A stretch of DNA of 64,000 nt from a virus (IMGVR_UViG_3300047321_000298:64001-128000), one strand, 5' to 3'; shown: positions 18,049-26,107, counted from the first letter of the stretch. Numbers and translations are program-made. Notes: generated from the sequence alone by a model not told the origin.

Positions 18049-18647
18049 TTCGCGGGTGCCCTCTTGATGCGCGACAGGAAATCGGGATACTTCGAAAGAA
18101 GCTTCAGGTGGACTAGAGCCTGATTCTCTGCATCGTTGAGCGCTGTGTGTTGAGCTTCAGACGTGGGCCATTCGAGTTCATCGATATAGAGAATGCCTAG
18201 CGTCCGGAAGTCGATCTTCTTCTTGTAATGCCATGGCGCAGAGCCCCACATCGATTCCAGAACGGGTAGATCAAAGTCGTTGCCGTTGGCAGACATGTAG
18301 AGTTCGGTCGGGTCGTCCAGTTCTAGCGAGCACTGGACATCTGCATAGAACCTGCAGAACTCAGCCAGAGATTCGGCCACTGTCATTCGGTCGCGGGAGG
18401 CAACGTCGCGACGTGCGCTTTCTGACTGTTGGAGCCACCAGAAGAACGCGTCTTGTTCCGGCTTCCGACCGGAGTCGAACTGCTCCTGTAGCTCGATGAA
18501 CGCCTCGAAGCGCTTGAACACCCCGAACGTGAGGTTGTAGGCAACGGCACCAATACTCAGGACCGGGGCGCTCGACTTTAGCCCCATAGTTTCGCAATCG
18601 ATCATGATGAACGAGCGGTCACCAGCGCCTTTATTTCCGTTTGTCAT
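18045..18647 (-). CDS. DEDDh 3'-5' exonuclease/exoribonuclease (DUF5051/Rv2179c-like)
   Basis: IDCETMG..SAPVLSIGAV, ANGNDFD, HTALNDA; start uncertain (18647 or 18668). Confidence 0.8.
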   Translation of the reverse strand: MTNGNKGAGDRSFIMIDCETMGLKSSAPVLSIGAVAYNLTFGVFKRFEAFIELQEQFDSGRKPEQDAFFWWLQQSESARRDVASRDRMTVAESLAEFCRFYADVQCSLELDDPTELYMSANGNDFDLPVLESMWGSAPWHYKKKIDFRTLGILYIDELEWPTSEAQHTALNDAENQALVHLKLLSKYPDFLSRIKRAPAK

Positions 18648-18717
18648 TATCTGTTCTTTTATGAGCATGACGATTCGCCGGTCTTCTTCCGGATCGTCGT
18701 AAATGGTTGTTTGCAAC

Positions 18718-19059
18718 TCAGTCACCCAGCAGTCGATCTGCTGCACGCACGATGACTTTCACGGCCTTGTCGTCGTACAGCTTTTCCATATGTGGGTCTT
18801 TGATGCAGGTGACTTCCAGCCGCTGACCAATGTGCTTTTCGGTCCAGTCCTGGATAATCTTGGTTTTCTCTTCAACCGTCAGTTCGTCGTCTTCAGCGAC
18901 ACGTGCTGTGAATATCTTGACGGTCTTGCCCTGCGCGAGATAGCGCTTGATCAACGCCACGATCTTCGGTACGGGCTCACCAATGTGTTCCGAGCCTTTC
19001 CATCCATCGTAGTAGGCCGTCGTGTTGTCCAAATCGAAACCGATCCAGCCGTCACTCAT
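18718..19059 (-). CDS. small HAD-superfamily phosphatase (phage PNKP-phosphatase-like)
   Basis: FDLDNT motif I, FTAR motif II, LYDDK motif IV. Confidence 0.75.
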   Translation of the reverse strand: MSDGWIGFDLDNTTAYYDGWKGSEHIGEPVPKIVALIKRYLAQGKTVKIFTARVAEDDELTVEEKTKIIQDWTEKHIGQRLEVTCIKDPHMEKLYDDKAVKVIVRAADRLLGD

Positions 19060-19570
19060 GTCCCGCTCCGATATAAACAGGTATTGTCTGTTCAGCTAGC
19101 TTCATCCCTTCGGGGGAGATAGCGACGCTTGCGTTGTGCCGAAGTACATTCAATTCTTCGGGGCTGATCCAGGCATCAGGCTGACTTGCCCTGGGCCATT
19201 TGATCAGCACCTCGTCTTCAATTGCACGCGCGAATTGACGCCATCCCCAAAGCTTCGCGAAGCTATCCAGGCCACCGGGCATCGACTGCGCAACGGTGTC
19301 GATATCTGGATCGGAGAGTCGCGGCGGGTCTGCTTGGGGAGCAAGTTCCGGTTTGCTTTCAGAGGGCTTCCTGATGTTCCAGGCTTCACCAATGTTGAAT
19401 GTCATATTGCGTGCGTACGAGAATTTCGGGCCCGTAGCTCCGCACCCGGTACACACGCAAAACAGATTGACGGCAGGTTGACCCTCGTAGCCCACTGTTA
19501 CGCCCTGCGAACCGCAGAAAGGGCATGGGTCAAAGACCGTTTGTGGTTGTTCCATCGATAGTGTTTCCAT
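19052..19570 (-). CDS. Lar-family Zn-ribbon domain fused to an unknown domain
   Basis: DPCPFCGS...CVCTGCGATGP...AWNIR. Confidence 0.7.
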   Translation of the reverse strand: METLSMEQPQTVFDPCPFCGSQGVTVGYEGQPAVNLFCVCTGCGATGPKFSYARNMTFNIGEAWNIRKPSESKPELAPQADPPRLSDPDIDTVAQSMPGGLDSFAKLWGWRQFARAIEDEVLIKWPRASQPDAWISPEELNVLRHNASVAISPEGMKLAEQTIPVYIGAGHE

Positions 19571-21175
19571 TTAATCCTCCGCTAGAACGAGAGCCATCGA
19601 TTCAGAGGCTCTGGTTGCTGCTGTATATAGATGATTCCAACGCTGATCAGCGAACACCTGTGATTCGTCAATGACCAGCGTCTTTCCGAATTGCGAGCCC
19701 TGCAACTTGTGCACGGTCCCCGCGTATGCGAACGTGAACGCGTCGGTTCCTGCAATGTCCTTCCAGTAGGGTTCGGGCAGGCTCTCATCGAAGTGATGAG
19801 TCGAACACACTGTGTCGATAATCACGGGTGAGCCATTCGCATCGAACAGGTCAAGAGCACGGACCTTGAAGTGCAGACCCTCAACGCGCGTCGCTTCGAA
19901 TCCAAGTTCGGGTCTGCGGTGGTCGATGAGCTTCATCATCGGCTTGATTTCAGGCGTCGAGCACGTCCACTGCGTACCGTTCAGGAAGCCGTTCTGCTTG
20001 TTGTTCTTCGTGCACATCAGCTTGTCGCCGCGCACAGGGAACTGCGTATCAACGTCGAATTTCCCGCTCAGGATTCGGTGGCGTCGATTTAGGGTGTGGC
20101 GCGTGCGGTTGAGTCCAACGATGATCTGATCGCTGCCAATGATCAGTTCATCGGTGACCTTGAAGCCGGGGCGGTACACGCGAGATTCGCCGTATCTACC
20201 GGGCTTTGGTAATCGCCCGTTGCGAATCTCTGTCGCTAGCCAGATCAACGGATTTTCGGCCGCTACCCGCTCCACCTCTGTTAGGGTGATGTCTGCGTCG
20301 CCACGCGTGAAGAATCCTTCGCCCTTGATAGGCTTCACCTGACCGGGGTCTCCCAGCACGAGAATCGGGATACCGAACGAAAGTAGATCAGCCCCTAGCT
20401 CGTCATTGACCATAGACATTTCGTCACAGATCAGCAGCTTCGCCTCGCACAGCGGAGACTCAGGGTTTAGGGTGAATCCCTTCGCCTTGCCCGTTACGTA
20501 ATCTATAACTGGCTTGTAGATCAGCGAGTGCAGGGTAGATGCACCTGCACAGCCTTTTGACGCTAGGACAGACGCAGCTTTGCCGGTGTATGCAGCGAAC
20601 AGGACTTGCCCGCGTTCGCCACCGGATTCGCCGTTCTCGATACACCACGCAATCTCTTTGGCTAGTGTCGTCTTGCCGGTGCCCGCGAAACCGAACAGCC
20701 TGAAAACCTGCTTGCGACCATTTGACTTGTACCACTTGAATACAGAGCGCAGCGCTTTCGACTGCTGCCCGTTCCACTTCAGATTGGGTCTATCGGCTAC
20801 AACGTGTGAGCCGACTGCCGCGATCCCGCCGAACAGTTCGTCTAACGTTGGGTCGGGTACCGGTTGCGGTGGTTCGTCGTGCTTCGAAGGTTCCCAAAAA
20901 TCCGCAGGATCATTGAGAACAAACGCGGTGATCAGGTCGTGCAAAAGAAGATAGCGCGAGTCCTCTTTCAACACAGGAGGATCGCGCTTCTCAAGTACAG
21001 ATCGTCTTCGAAAAATGTTGTGTGGATCAGCTTCAAGGTGGACCATGCAGGAAGAAAATACGATACGTGTAGTTTGCTTCTGCAGGTCCAACACTTGGTC
21101 AGTCGTCAGAGTCGTTCTGAGTGCCGCATCTTGGATGAGCGAACGAGTAACGCTTTTTGTTTTGTTCCGTAACAC
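19571..21175 (-). CDS. RecD/Dda-like SF1B helicase
   Basis: GFAGTGKTT, DEMSMV, LGDPGQV, TVHKLQGSQF, LYTAATRA. Confidence 0.9.
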   Translation of the reverse strand: MLRNKTKSVTRSLIQDAALRTTLTTDQVLDLQKQTTRIVFSSCMVHLEADPHNIFRRRSVLEKRDPPVLKEDSRYLLLHDLITAFVLNDPADFWEPSKHDEPPQPVPDPTLDELFGGIAAVGSHVVADRPNLKWNGQQSKALRSVFKWYKSNGRKQVFRLFGFAGTGKTTLAKEIAWCIENGESGGERGQVLFAAYTGKAASVLASKGCAGASTLHSLIYKPVIDYVTGKAKGFTLNPESPLCEAKLLICDEMSMVNDELGADLLSFGIPILVLGDPGQVKPIKGEGFFTRGDADITLTEVERVAAENPLIWLATEIRNGRLPKPGRYGESRVYRPGFKVTDELIIGSDQIIVGLNRTRHTLNRRHRILSGKFDVDTQFPVRGDKLMCTKNNKQNGFLNGTQWTCSTPEIKPMMKLIDHRRPELGFEATRVEGLHFKVRALDLFDANGSPVIIDTVCSTHHFDESLPEPYWKDIAGTDAFTFAYAGTVHKLQGSQFGKTLVIDESQVFADQRWNHLYTAATRASESMALVLAED

Positions 21176-21202
21176 AGGCGGTCCTCACTGTGGCCTTTCG
21201 GT

Positions 21203-21706
21203 TTAATGTAGGTATGCGGGCACCTCATCGTCGGACTCTTCATCCATGCCCAGGACCGTGTCCGCGTCAGAATCCAGACCGACAGTGCGCTGAGTCGGGA
21301 CCTTGGACATCGAGCGCATTTCGTAGATCAGATGGCGCTGAACAAACTCTTCAAGCGCCTCTTCGGGCAGATCGTCAGGCAAGTCATCTGCATCCGGGAT
21401 AAACGCAAGCGCCTGCCGGAAGATCAGAGCGCGCTGCCACTCTGGATGAGGAAGTACCGTGTACACAAAATCAATGAACCGATCTGTGTATATCTCCATA
21501 GCAAACTTTCCGTGCATGTAGGAAGCCGATGGAATCTGCTTGGCCTTCGCTATGTTTTCTTCGGTGAATTGAGGGCACTCCTTGATAAAGCCGCCGTAGT
21601 GCACGGCCCCAAGGAAATCAGCATCGGCTAGCGCTGGGTCATCTACGTCAACCAAGACCAGCAACTTGTCTACATCCGCATGGCTCATCGTCATAACTAA
21701 CCTCAA
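21203..21706 (-). CDS. hypothetical protein
   Basis: 167 aa ORF. Confidence 0.7.
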   Translation of the reverse strand: MRLVMTMSHADVDKLLVLVDVDDPALADADFLGAVHYGGFIKECPQFTEENIAKAKQIPSASYMHGKFAMEIYTDRFIDFVYTVLPHPEWQRALIFRQALAFIPDADDLPDDLPEEALEEFVQRHLIYEMRSMSKVPTQRTVGLDSDADTVLGMDEESDDEVPAYLH

Positions 21707-21751
21707 CTGAAAGTGGTACCTCTAAATGGGCACTACCATCAAATTCGGAGG

Positions 21752-22141
21752 CTAGTCTTTGCTCAGGAGCTTCATGTCTACGTCGATTACGTCCGGGTCC
21801 GATTCAATCAGGCGCGGTGCATACCGATGATGTGACGGCCCACTCAGCGCGGGCGTTCGCTCTACGCTAGGAGCGGCCTGCATGACCACACACCCGCCGA
21901 TGTTGAACGTTGGATTAGCCCGCTCACCGTCCCAAGACATGTACGATTTTCGAATCGGAACAGTGCACTGAAACCACATCGAAGGGCGGTCCAGTGTATG
22001 AAAGCAGTCGCCCACCGTCACCTGCGATAGGTACGCCTCGAAAATCTGGTTGCCCCGGAATATCTCTACGAGCTTATCGTTGTAGCCTTGTCTGTGATGC
22101 CCAACTGCGTGCTCTTGCTTCTTCTGGATATCCTGGCCCAT
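21752..22141 (-). CDS. hypothetical protein
   Basis: start moved to MGQDIQ (22141) to avoid overlap. Confidence 0.6.
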   Translation of the reverse strand: MGQDIQKKQEHAVGHHRQGYNDKLVEIFRGNQIFEAYLSQVTVGDCFHTLDRPSMWFQCTVPIRKSYMSWDGERANPTFNIGGCVVMQAAPSVERTPALSGPSHHRYAPRLIESDPDVIDVDMKLLSKD

Positions 22142-22151
22142 GATTTGCCCT

Positions 22152-22529
22152 TTAGTGGCGCGTCTGCGGTTCGAAATCTCCGAGTGAAGACTCGACCTTC
22201 GAACCAACCGTGTCCGCTACTTGCTGAAGTTCTTCGTGCAAACTCAGCGGCCCGACGTTTGGATGTTGCTCGCGAATACCCTTGAGGATGCCTGCGACGA
22301 CATCTGGAGCGTTCGATAGTGCGCTGCTCTTGAGCAGAGAATCGGCGTAGTTTGCGGCCCAGATCGTGAGGATTCGCAGTTCGTGACGAGTGATCTTGAG
22401 GTCCAGCATTTCGCGGAGGTCGGCGGGAATTCCTGCAGAACCGCAGTGAGGACAAGACGTGGCTGTCGCTGTCTCTTCGGCCGTGAAGGTGGTTCTGCAT
22501 TCCACGCACAGAATGTATTTCTCTGACAT
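22152..22529 (-). CDS. Zn-ribbon hypothetical protein
   Basis: CVEC...CPHC; promoter-motif variant upstream at 22571. Confidence 0.7.
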   Translation of the reverse strand: MSEKYILCVECRTTFTAEETATATSCPHCGSAGIPADLREMLDLKITRHELRILTIWAANYADSLLKSSALSNAPDVVAGILKGIREQHPNVGPLSLHEELQQVADTVGSKVESSLGDFEPQTRH

Positions 22530-22629
22530 TGTGTTCTCCGTTTTAACGGGGGCAAATACCCCTCACTTCTTATTTACGACAGTGGAGCAAGAAAGGGAGC
22601 GTGGTTGGAAATATGGGACCGACAGACGC

Positions 22630-22666
22630 AAAAAAGGGGAGTCGGATTTTAGTTTCCGCTCCCCTT
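22630..22666 (-). terminator. intrinsic terminator closing the ncRNA locus
   Basis: AAGGGGAG-CGGA...TCCG-A-CTCCCCTT followed by a T run. Confidence 0.85.
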
Positions 22667-22810
22667 GCTATTTTCTTTCTTCTGGACACTTCATAGTCAA
22701 ATGTGCAGGAGAAAGAGCGAATGCAGAAATCGTAGCTGAATCTGCATCCGCACTTCGGACGTTAATCCCAATCACATAGAGCAAGTCATCAAGGCTAGTT
22801 ACGATAACAA

Positions 22811-22919
22811 GAAAAGCCGACCCTCTACCGCTGAGGTACTCACCTCCCAAGATCACTTCAGCCGACAAATGATCTAGGGCAGGTGAGACGGGATTCGAAC
22901 CCGCGTCTTTCGACTTGAA
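22811..22919 (-). ncRNA. permuted tRNA-like domain B (YrlA/Y RNA-like topology)
   Basis: GTCGA-AAGAC-GCGGG TTCGAAT CCCGT-CTCACCT [hairpin] AGGTGAG-TA-CCTC AGCGGTA GAGG-G-TCGGC. Confidence 0.7.
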
Positions 22920-23022
22920 CCAGTGCTCTCATCCATTGGGTGCACTGGCAACCTTCCGCCTGCTTTAAACTGCGATTGCTTAATACAATGAGATTTGGGT
23001 AATACGATCAATGAAAGTTGCC

Positions 23023-23243
23023 GCTCGCTGCCGCACGTCTACCAATTCCGTCACCTCTGCACCAAACACGCTGCCATACTCAAAACCGGGTTATCGGGAA
23101 CCGGCTCTGATTAGAGCAGACGACCCAAACTTTTCCCAAGAAAAGATCGCTACCGTGGGAATCCACCCCCGTCGAGAAAGGTGGCACGACTACATACAGC
23201 AGTGTGTTTGGTGCAGAGGGGTGGAGTCGAACCACCACTGAGC
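23023..23243 (-). ncRNA. permuted tRNA-like domain A (Leu-type D loop, encoded ACCA)
   Basis: GGTGG TTCGACT CCACC-CCTCTGC-ACCA upstream of GCAGAGG-TG-ACG GAATTGGTAGA CGT; 20-bp inverted repeat 23054-23073/23200-23219. Confidence 0.65.
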
Positions 23244-23289
23244 TTCTACTATCAACGATAACTATAACGATTTCCCATTTATCTCAACT

Positions 23290-23937
23290 CTATAATTCAA
23301 TACTTTTTGAAGCGTACCGTCGTTTAGCCGCGAGTGACATATTAAGCCGCGCCTGTTCGCTGTGAACTCTTCCTCGGTTCCCCTTCCCGGTCATGCCGCG
23401 TCGTTGACCTTCCGACATGTTCATGCGGGACTGTTCAGTGTGGACACGCCCAAGGTTCAGCCTGCCTCCCATGCTAGGAGCCTTACGGCCCGCCGCCATG
23501 TTTCTCTTAGACTGTTCCGTGTGTTTATATCCACGTTCACGATGCTGCCAAGCCTCAGCCATTTTCCGTCGCGCTTCTGCGTCGTGCATATCGCCGCTGC
23601 GTCCCTCACCGCCGTCTGTCATATTCGCTAAACACCCGGTGCCGTTGTTGCGCCGACCGTAGAAAGCTATCGTGTTGATTTCACAGCCAAACGCCTGTTT
23701 CTCCGTTAGCTCCGTGGCCTCATACTCAATGTGAATTCGCTTACCTTCGCGAATCGCCTTGCGTATGATGTGGTTCTTGTAACTTGGTTTGGCTAACAAC
23801 TCAGGCTTCAAATGATTTCTAGCACGATTTGCCTTTCCTTTTCCGACGTAGAAGGGTAGCTCTTCATCATCCACTCTGAATTTATAAACGTAATATATTC
23901 GGTGTCTATCAAAGGGCTTCCCGTTCTTTCTCGGCAT
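23290..23937 (-). CDS. free-standing GIY-YIG homing endonuclease with NUMOD3 repeats
   Basis: YYVY...FYVGKG..NRA..H, NMTDGGEG, four H[ST]E..R.[NK]M repeats; AT-richer than flanks. Confidence 0.85.
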   Translation of the reverse strand: MPRKNGKPFDRHRIYYVYKFRVDDEELPFYVGKGKANRARNHLKPELLAKPSYKNHIIRKAIREGKRIHIEYEATELTEKQAFGCEINTIAFYGRRNNGTGCLANMTDGGEGRSGDMHDAEARRKMAEAWQHRERGYKHTEQSKRNMAAGRKAPSMGGRLNLGRVHTEQSRMNMSEGQRRGMTGKGNRGRVHSEQARLNMSLAAKRRYASKSIEL

Positions 23938-23947
23938 GGCATAGGTC

Positions 23948-23955
23948 TATTTACT
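23948..23955 (-). promoter_or_regulatory. AGTAAATA phage promoter motif
   Basis: exact motif about 10 nt upstream of the GIY-YIG ATG. Confidence 0.65.
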
Positions 23956-24014
23956 GTTGACTCTTCGAAATGAAATTGAATTCTATCGGAACGTCATCAG
24001 AACGCAACAGACGG

Positions 24015-24206
24015 TTACTGCTGTTTCTTCAAATCGAAAAAGAAGGTTAGGCGAATCTCACCGATGCCGGATGTCTCGTTGTCGGTCAGATCGTCTGAGT
24101 TCGAAATCGGATAGCAGTCCGTGAAGGTGAGATGTCTATCGTCATCGGTAACCACCCTGAGATTCGAACCTTCCCACCACAGACTTTTGATCCGGTGTTC
24201 GGACAT
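24015..24206 (-). CDS. hypothetical protein
   Basis: 63 aa ORF 2 nt after the upstream stop. Confidence 0.6.
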   Translation of the reverse strand: MSEHRIKSLWWEGSNLRVVTDDDRHLTFTDCYPISNSDDLTDNETSGIGEIRLTFFFDLKKQQ

Positions 24207-24208
24207 GT

Positions 24209-25003
24209 TTAAACCTGGTTGCTGGCTGGCGGATTACGCAGCGGCTCAAGGATCACTGCAATCAGGTCGCGGCCGATGTTCTGCGTCATCACAGGCACCG
24301 AGTTCGCGCGGGTCCGAGCCTGCTTAACAGCCGTGATCAGTTCGTCCAGAGTCGCGATAACCTGCGCCTTCTGGATTGCGGTCGTCGCGCCCGACACGTT
24401 TTCCTGCGTGAACGTGCCGATGATCTTGTCGCTGGTCACTTCCTTGACCTGTGCCGGGTGCTTGTCCGAGTGCGGGTACAGGACCACGGGCACAGTCTGC
24501 TTTTCGGTCTTGGTCGTGATCGACGGATGTGCTGCCTTCCACGTACCGGCTTGTGCCGCGTTGGGGTCGATGCGCCAATCCTTCGATGCGTCCAGCGTCG
24601 GGATTTGCATCGCGAGCTTGCGCAGTTCGCCCAGACGCACTTCCAGACCCATCAACTCATCGACCGGCACATTCTCTGCGAATGTTTGTCCACGGAATTC
24701 GATGTTGGCGAGAGCGGTCGTGTTGGTCAGGTTCTTCGACGCCAGAACGTCTTCGGCCTTCGCCCAGTAGCTCAGGAAGTAGTCCAGAGTCGTGAGCACC
24801 GTTGTCGGCAGCGTCTTATCCTGGCGCGCGGCCTTTTCGAGGTCTTCGTTGTTCGGATCGTCACCGAGCAGCTTCAGGGTCTTCGTGAAGCCCGTGAAGT
24901 AGTTGTCACCCTTTTCAAATTTCGTCAGGGTGTCCTTAGCCATCGCGTCGCGCGAATTTGTTGCCGTCTTTTCAGCGGCCAACAGTTCATGAAGTTGAGC
25001 CAT
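24209..25003 (-). CDS. hypothetical phage protein
   Basis: start at MAQLHELL (25003); AGTAAATA promoter motif at 25045. Confidence 0.75.
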   Translation of the reverse strand: MAQLHELLAAEKTATNSRDAMAKDTLTKFEKGDNYFTGFTKTLKLLGDDPNNEDLEKAARQDKTLPTTVLTTLDYFLSYWAKAEDVLASKNLTNTTALANIEFRGQTFAENVPVDELMGLEVRLGELRKLAMQIPTLDASKDWRIDPNAAQAGTWKAAHPSITTKTEKQTVPVVLYPHSDKHPAQVKEVTSDKIIGTFTQENVSGATTAIQKAQVIATLDELITAVKQARTRANSVPVMTQNIGRDLIAVILEPLRNPPASNQV

Positions 25004-25044
25004 GTGTGTTTGTATGAGCAAGAGTTATGGGGCCTTACACTTCT

Positions 25045-25052
25045 TATTTACT
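25045..25052 (-). promoter_or_regulatory. AGTAAATA phage promoter motif
   Basis: AGTAAATA-AGA-AGTG. Confidence 0.7.
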
Positions 25053-25084
25053 GGAGCGTCCACGTTTCCGCTCGATTATTTTAG

Positions 25085-25112
25085 TTGACGGTCTGTGCAA
25101 TCAGTGTATAAT
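25085..25112 (+). promoter_or_regulatory. sigma70-type promoter with YTGTGC spacer box
   Basis: TTGACG-gtCTGTGCAAtcagtg-TATAAT (16-nt spacer). Confidence 0.75.
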
Positions 25113-25149
25113 CGTTTCTGTGGTGATGACGAGCGAACTGGGGAACGAA

Positions 25150-25344
25150 ATGGCTACGAAGAAGAGACTGACAACGGCACAAAAGGCGGCGTTGAAGGCG
25201 TACGAATACGCTTTGAGGCAGGAAGATCGTTACCTTGGTTCTGTGTTCGTTACGCCGCAAGGTCAGCGCGATGTCGAAGCGAAGACCAGGGCAGCATACG
25301 ACCACTGCAAGTCGTTGGGCATGACGCACGAGCATGGCCTTTAA
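25150..25344 (+). CDS. hypothetical protein
   Basis: start at MATKKRL (25150), downstream of the sigma70 promoter. Confidence 0.7.
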   Translation: MATKKRLTTAQKAALKAYEYALRQEDRYLGSVFVTPQGQRDVEAKTRAAYDHCKSLGMTHEHGL

Positions 25345-25374
25345 AAGCAGCATCGCAAACTTAAAGAGAACAGA

Positions 25375-25602
25375 ATGAATTCTGCCTACTACGCTCCGCT
25401 GGTTCTTCTCCCCGCTATCGTCACTGAGCCAGGGAGTTACCTGACCCGTTGCGGCGAAACCGTGACTGTCACCGCCGTTTCGATTCGGCATGATCACGGA
25501 TGCAAAGGCACCTACTCGAACGGCGTCAGTGAAGGCTGGCACAAGAGCGGTCGTATTTTCGCGGGGCAAGAAACCGCGAACGACATTGTCAAAGCGGTTT
25601 AA
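25375..25602 (+). CDS. hypothetical protein
   Basis: 75 aa, AGAGA-type RBS. Confidence 0.65.
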   Translation: MNSAYYAPLVLLPAIVTEPGSYLTRCGETVTVTAVSIRHDHGCKGTYSNGVSEGWHKSGRIFAGQETANDIVKAV

Positions 25603-25641
25603 CGCGAGCGTGGCGGTTCGGGAACCCTTCTAGGAGCAGTT

Positions 25642-25827
25642 ATGACTTTCGAAGAATGGATGCAGCGGCCGGTGTACGTTGCTCAGTGTAAGACTGCGAC
25701 GCTGGCCGGGGAGTTGGGAATCAGCGGCTACTATTTCCGCAAGCTCCCGGCGTACCGAAGCGAACAGGACAAGGCTGACCGAAAACTGATAGCGGACGCG
25801 ATGCGCAAGATTCGGAACAACCGGTAA
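25642..25827 (+). CDS. hypothetical protein
   Basis: 61 aa, AGGAG RBS. Confidence 0.65.
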   Translation: MTFEEWMQRPVYVAQCKTATLAGELGISGYYFRKLPAYRSEQDKADRKLIADAMRKIRNNR

Positions 25828-25843
25828 GTCGAGCAGATAAAAG

Positions 25844-25879
25844 AAAAGCCCCGTCAAATCTCACTTTGACGGGGCTTTT
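25844..25879. terminator. bidirectional intrinsic terminator
   Basis: perfect 15-bp inverted repeat AAAAGCCCCGTCAAA/TTTGACGGGGCTTTT at a convergent junction. Confidence 0.85.
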
Positions 25880-25883
25880 GTTT

Positions 25884-25961
25884 TGGCAGGGGGTACAGGA
25901 TTCGAACCTGTGCATGCTGGGATCAAAACCCAGTGCCTTAACCGGACTTGGCGAACCCCCA
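25884..25961 (-). tRNA. trnQ: tRNA-Gln(UUG)
   Basis: full cloverleaf, CTGGG TT TTG AT CCCAG, CCA encoded; U1.U72 mismatch. Confidence 0.9.
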
Positions 25962-25976
25962 ACTGAAACAAACTAC

Positions 25977-26107
25977 TGGTCGGAACAGCAGGAATCGAAC
26001 GCTGCGTCATCCTCTCCCTACCGGGCTTCAAGACACATGCGGTGTGCTGAGTGCATGCTGAATTGTGGGTCCCGGCGAGGATTACTCTACCTTTGAGCTA
26101 TGCTCCG
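25977..26107 (-). ncRNA. tRNA-Pro-like RNA with a 55-nt insertion in the anticodon loop
   Basis: CGGAGCA/TGTTCCG-A-CCA, normal D arm, TTCGATT T loop; CCGGG...CCCGG insert at 26021-26075. Confidence 0.7.

Larger units (their letters stand above)
22796..23264 (-). ncRNA. ~470-nt structured RNA containing two circularly permuted tRNA-like domains
   Basis: terminal helix TAGTTA..GATAGTAGAAG (23264-23243) with TTTTCTTGTTATC-G-TAACTA (22815-22796); two TTCGA T-loops each upstream of its own complementary acceptor strand and D arm; no credible ORF. Confidence 0.7.

Noticed and set aside
22881-23060. Ordinary tRNA-Leu with an intron (5' half at 23060 joined to the T arm at 22904)
   Set aside because: The acceptor strands GCAGAGG and CTCACCT do not pair; each half pairs perfectly with a different, permuted partner.
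22796-23264. Two-piece tmRNA
   Set aside because: Neither acceptor stem has G3.U70 (A3-U70 and G3-C70), and no tag ORF with an Ala-rich end was found.
22600-24015. Group I intron housing the GIY-YIG ORF
   Set aside because: No interrupted exon upstream of the ORF. GACTA and TAGTC occur in the wrong order for P7, and no P/Q/R/S consensus was seen.
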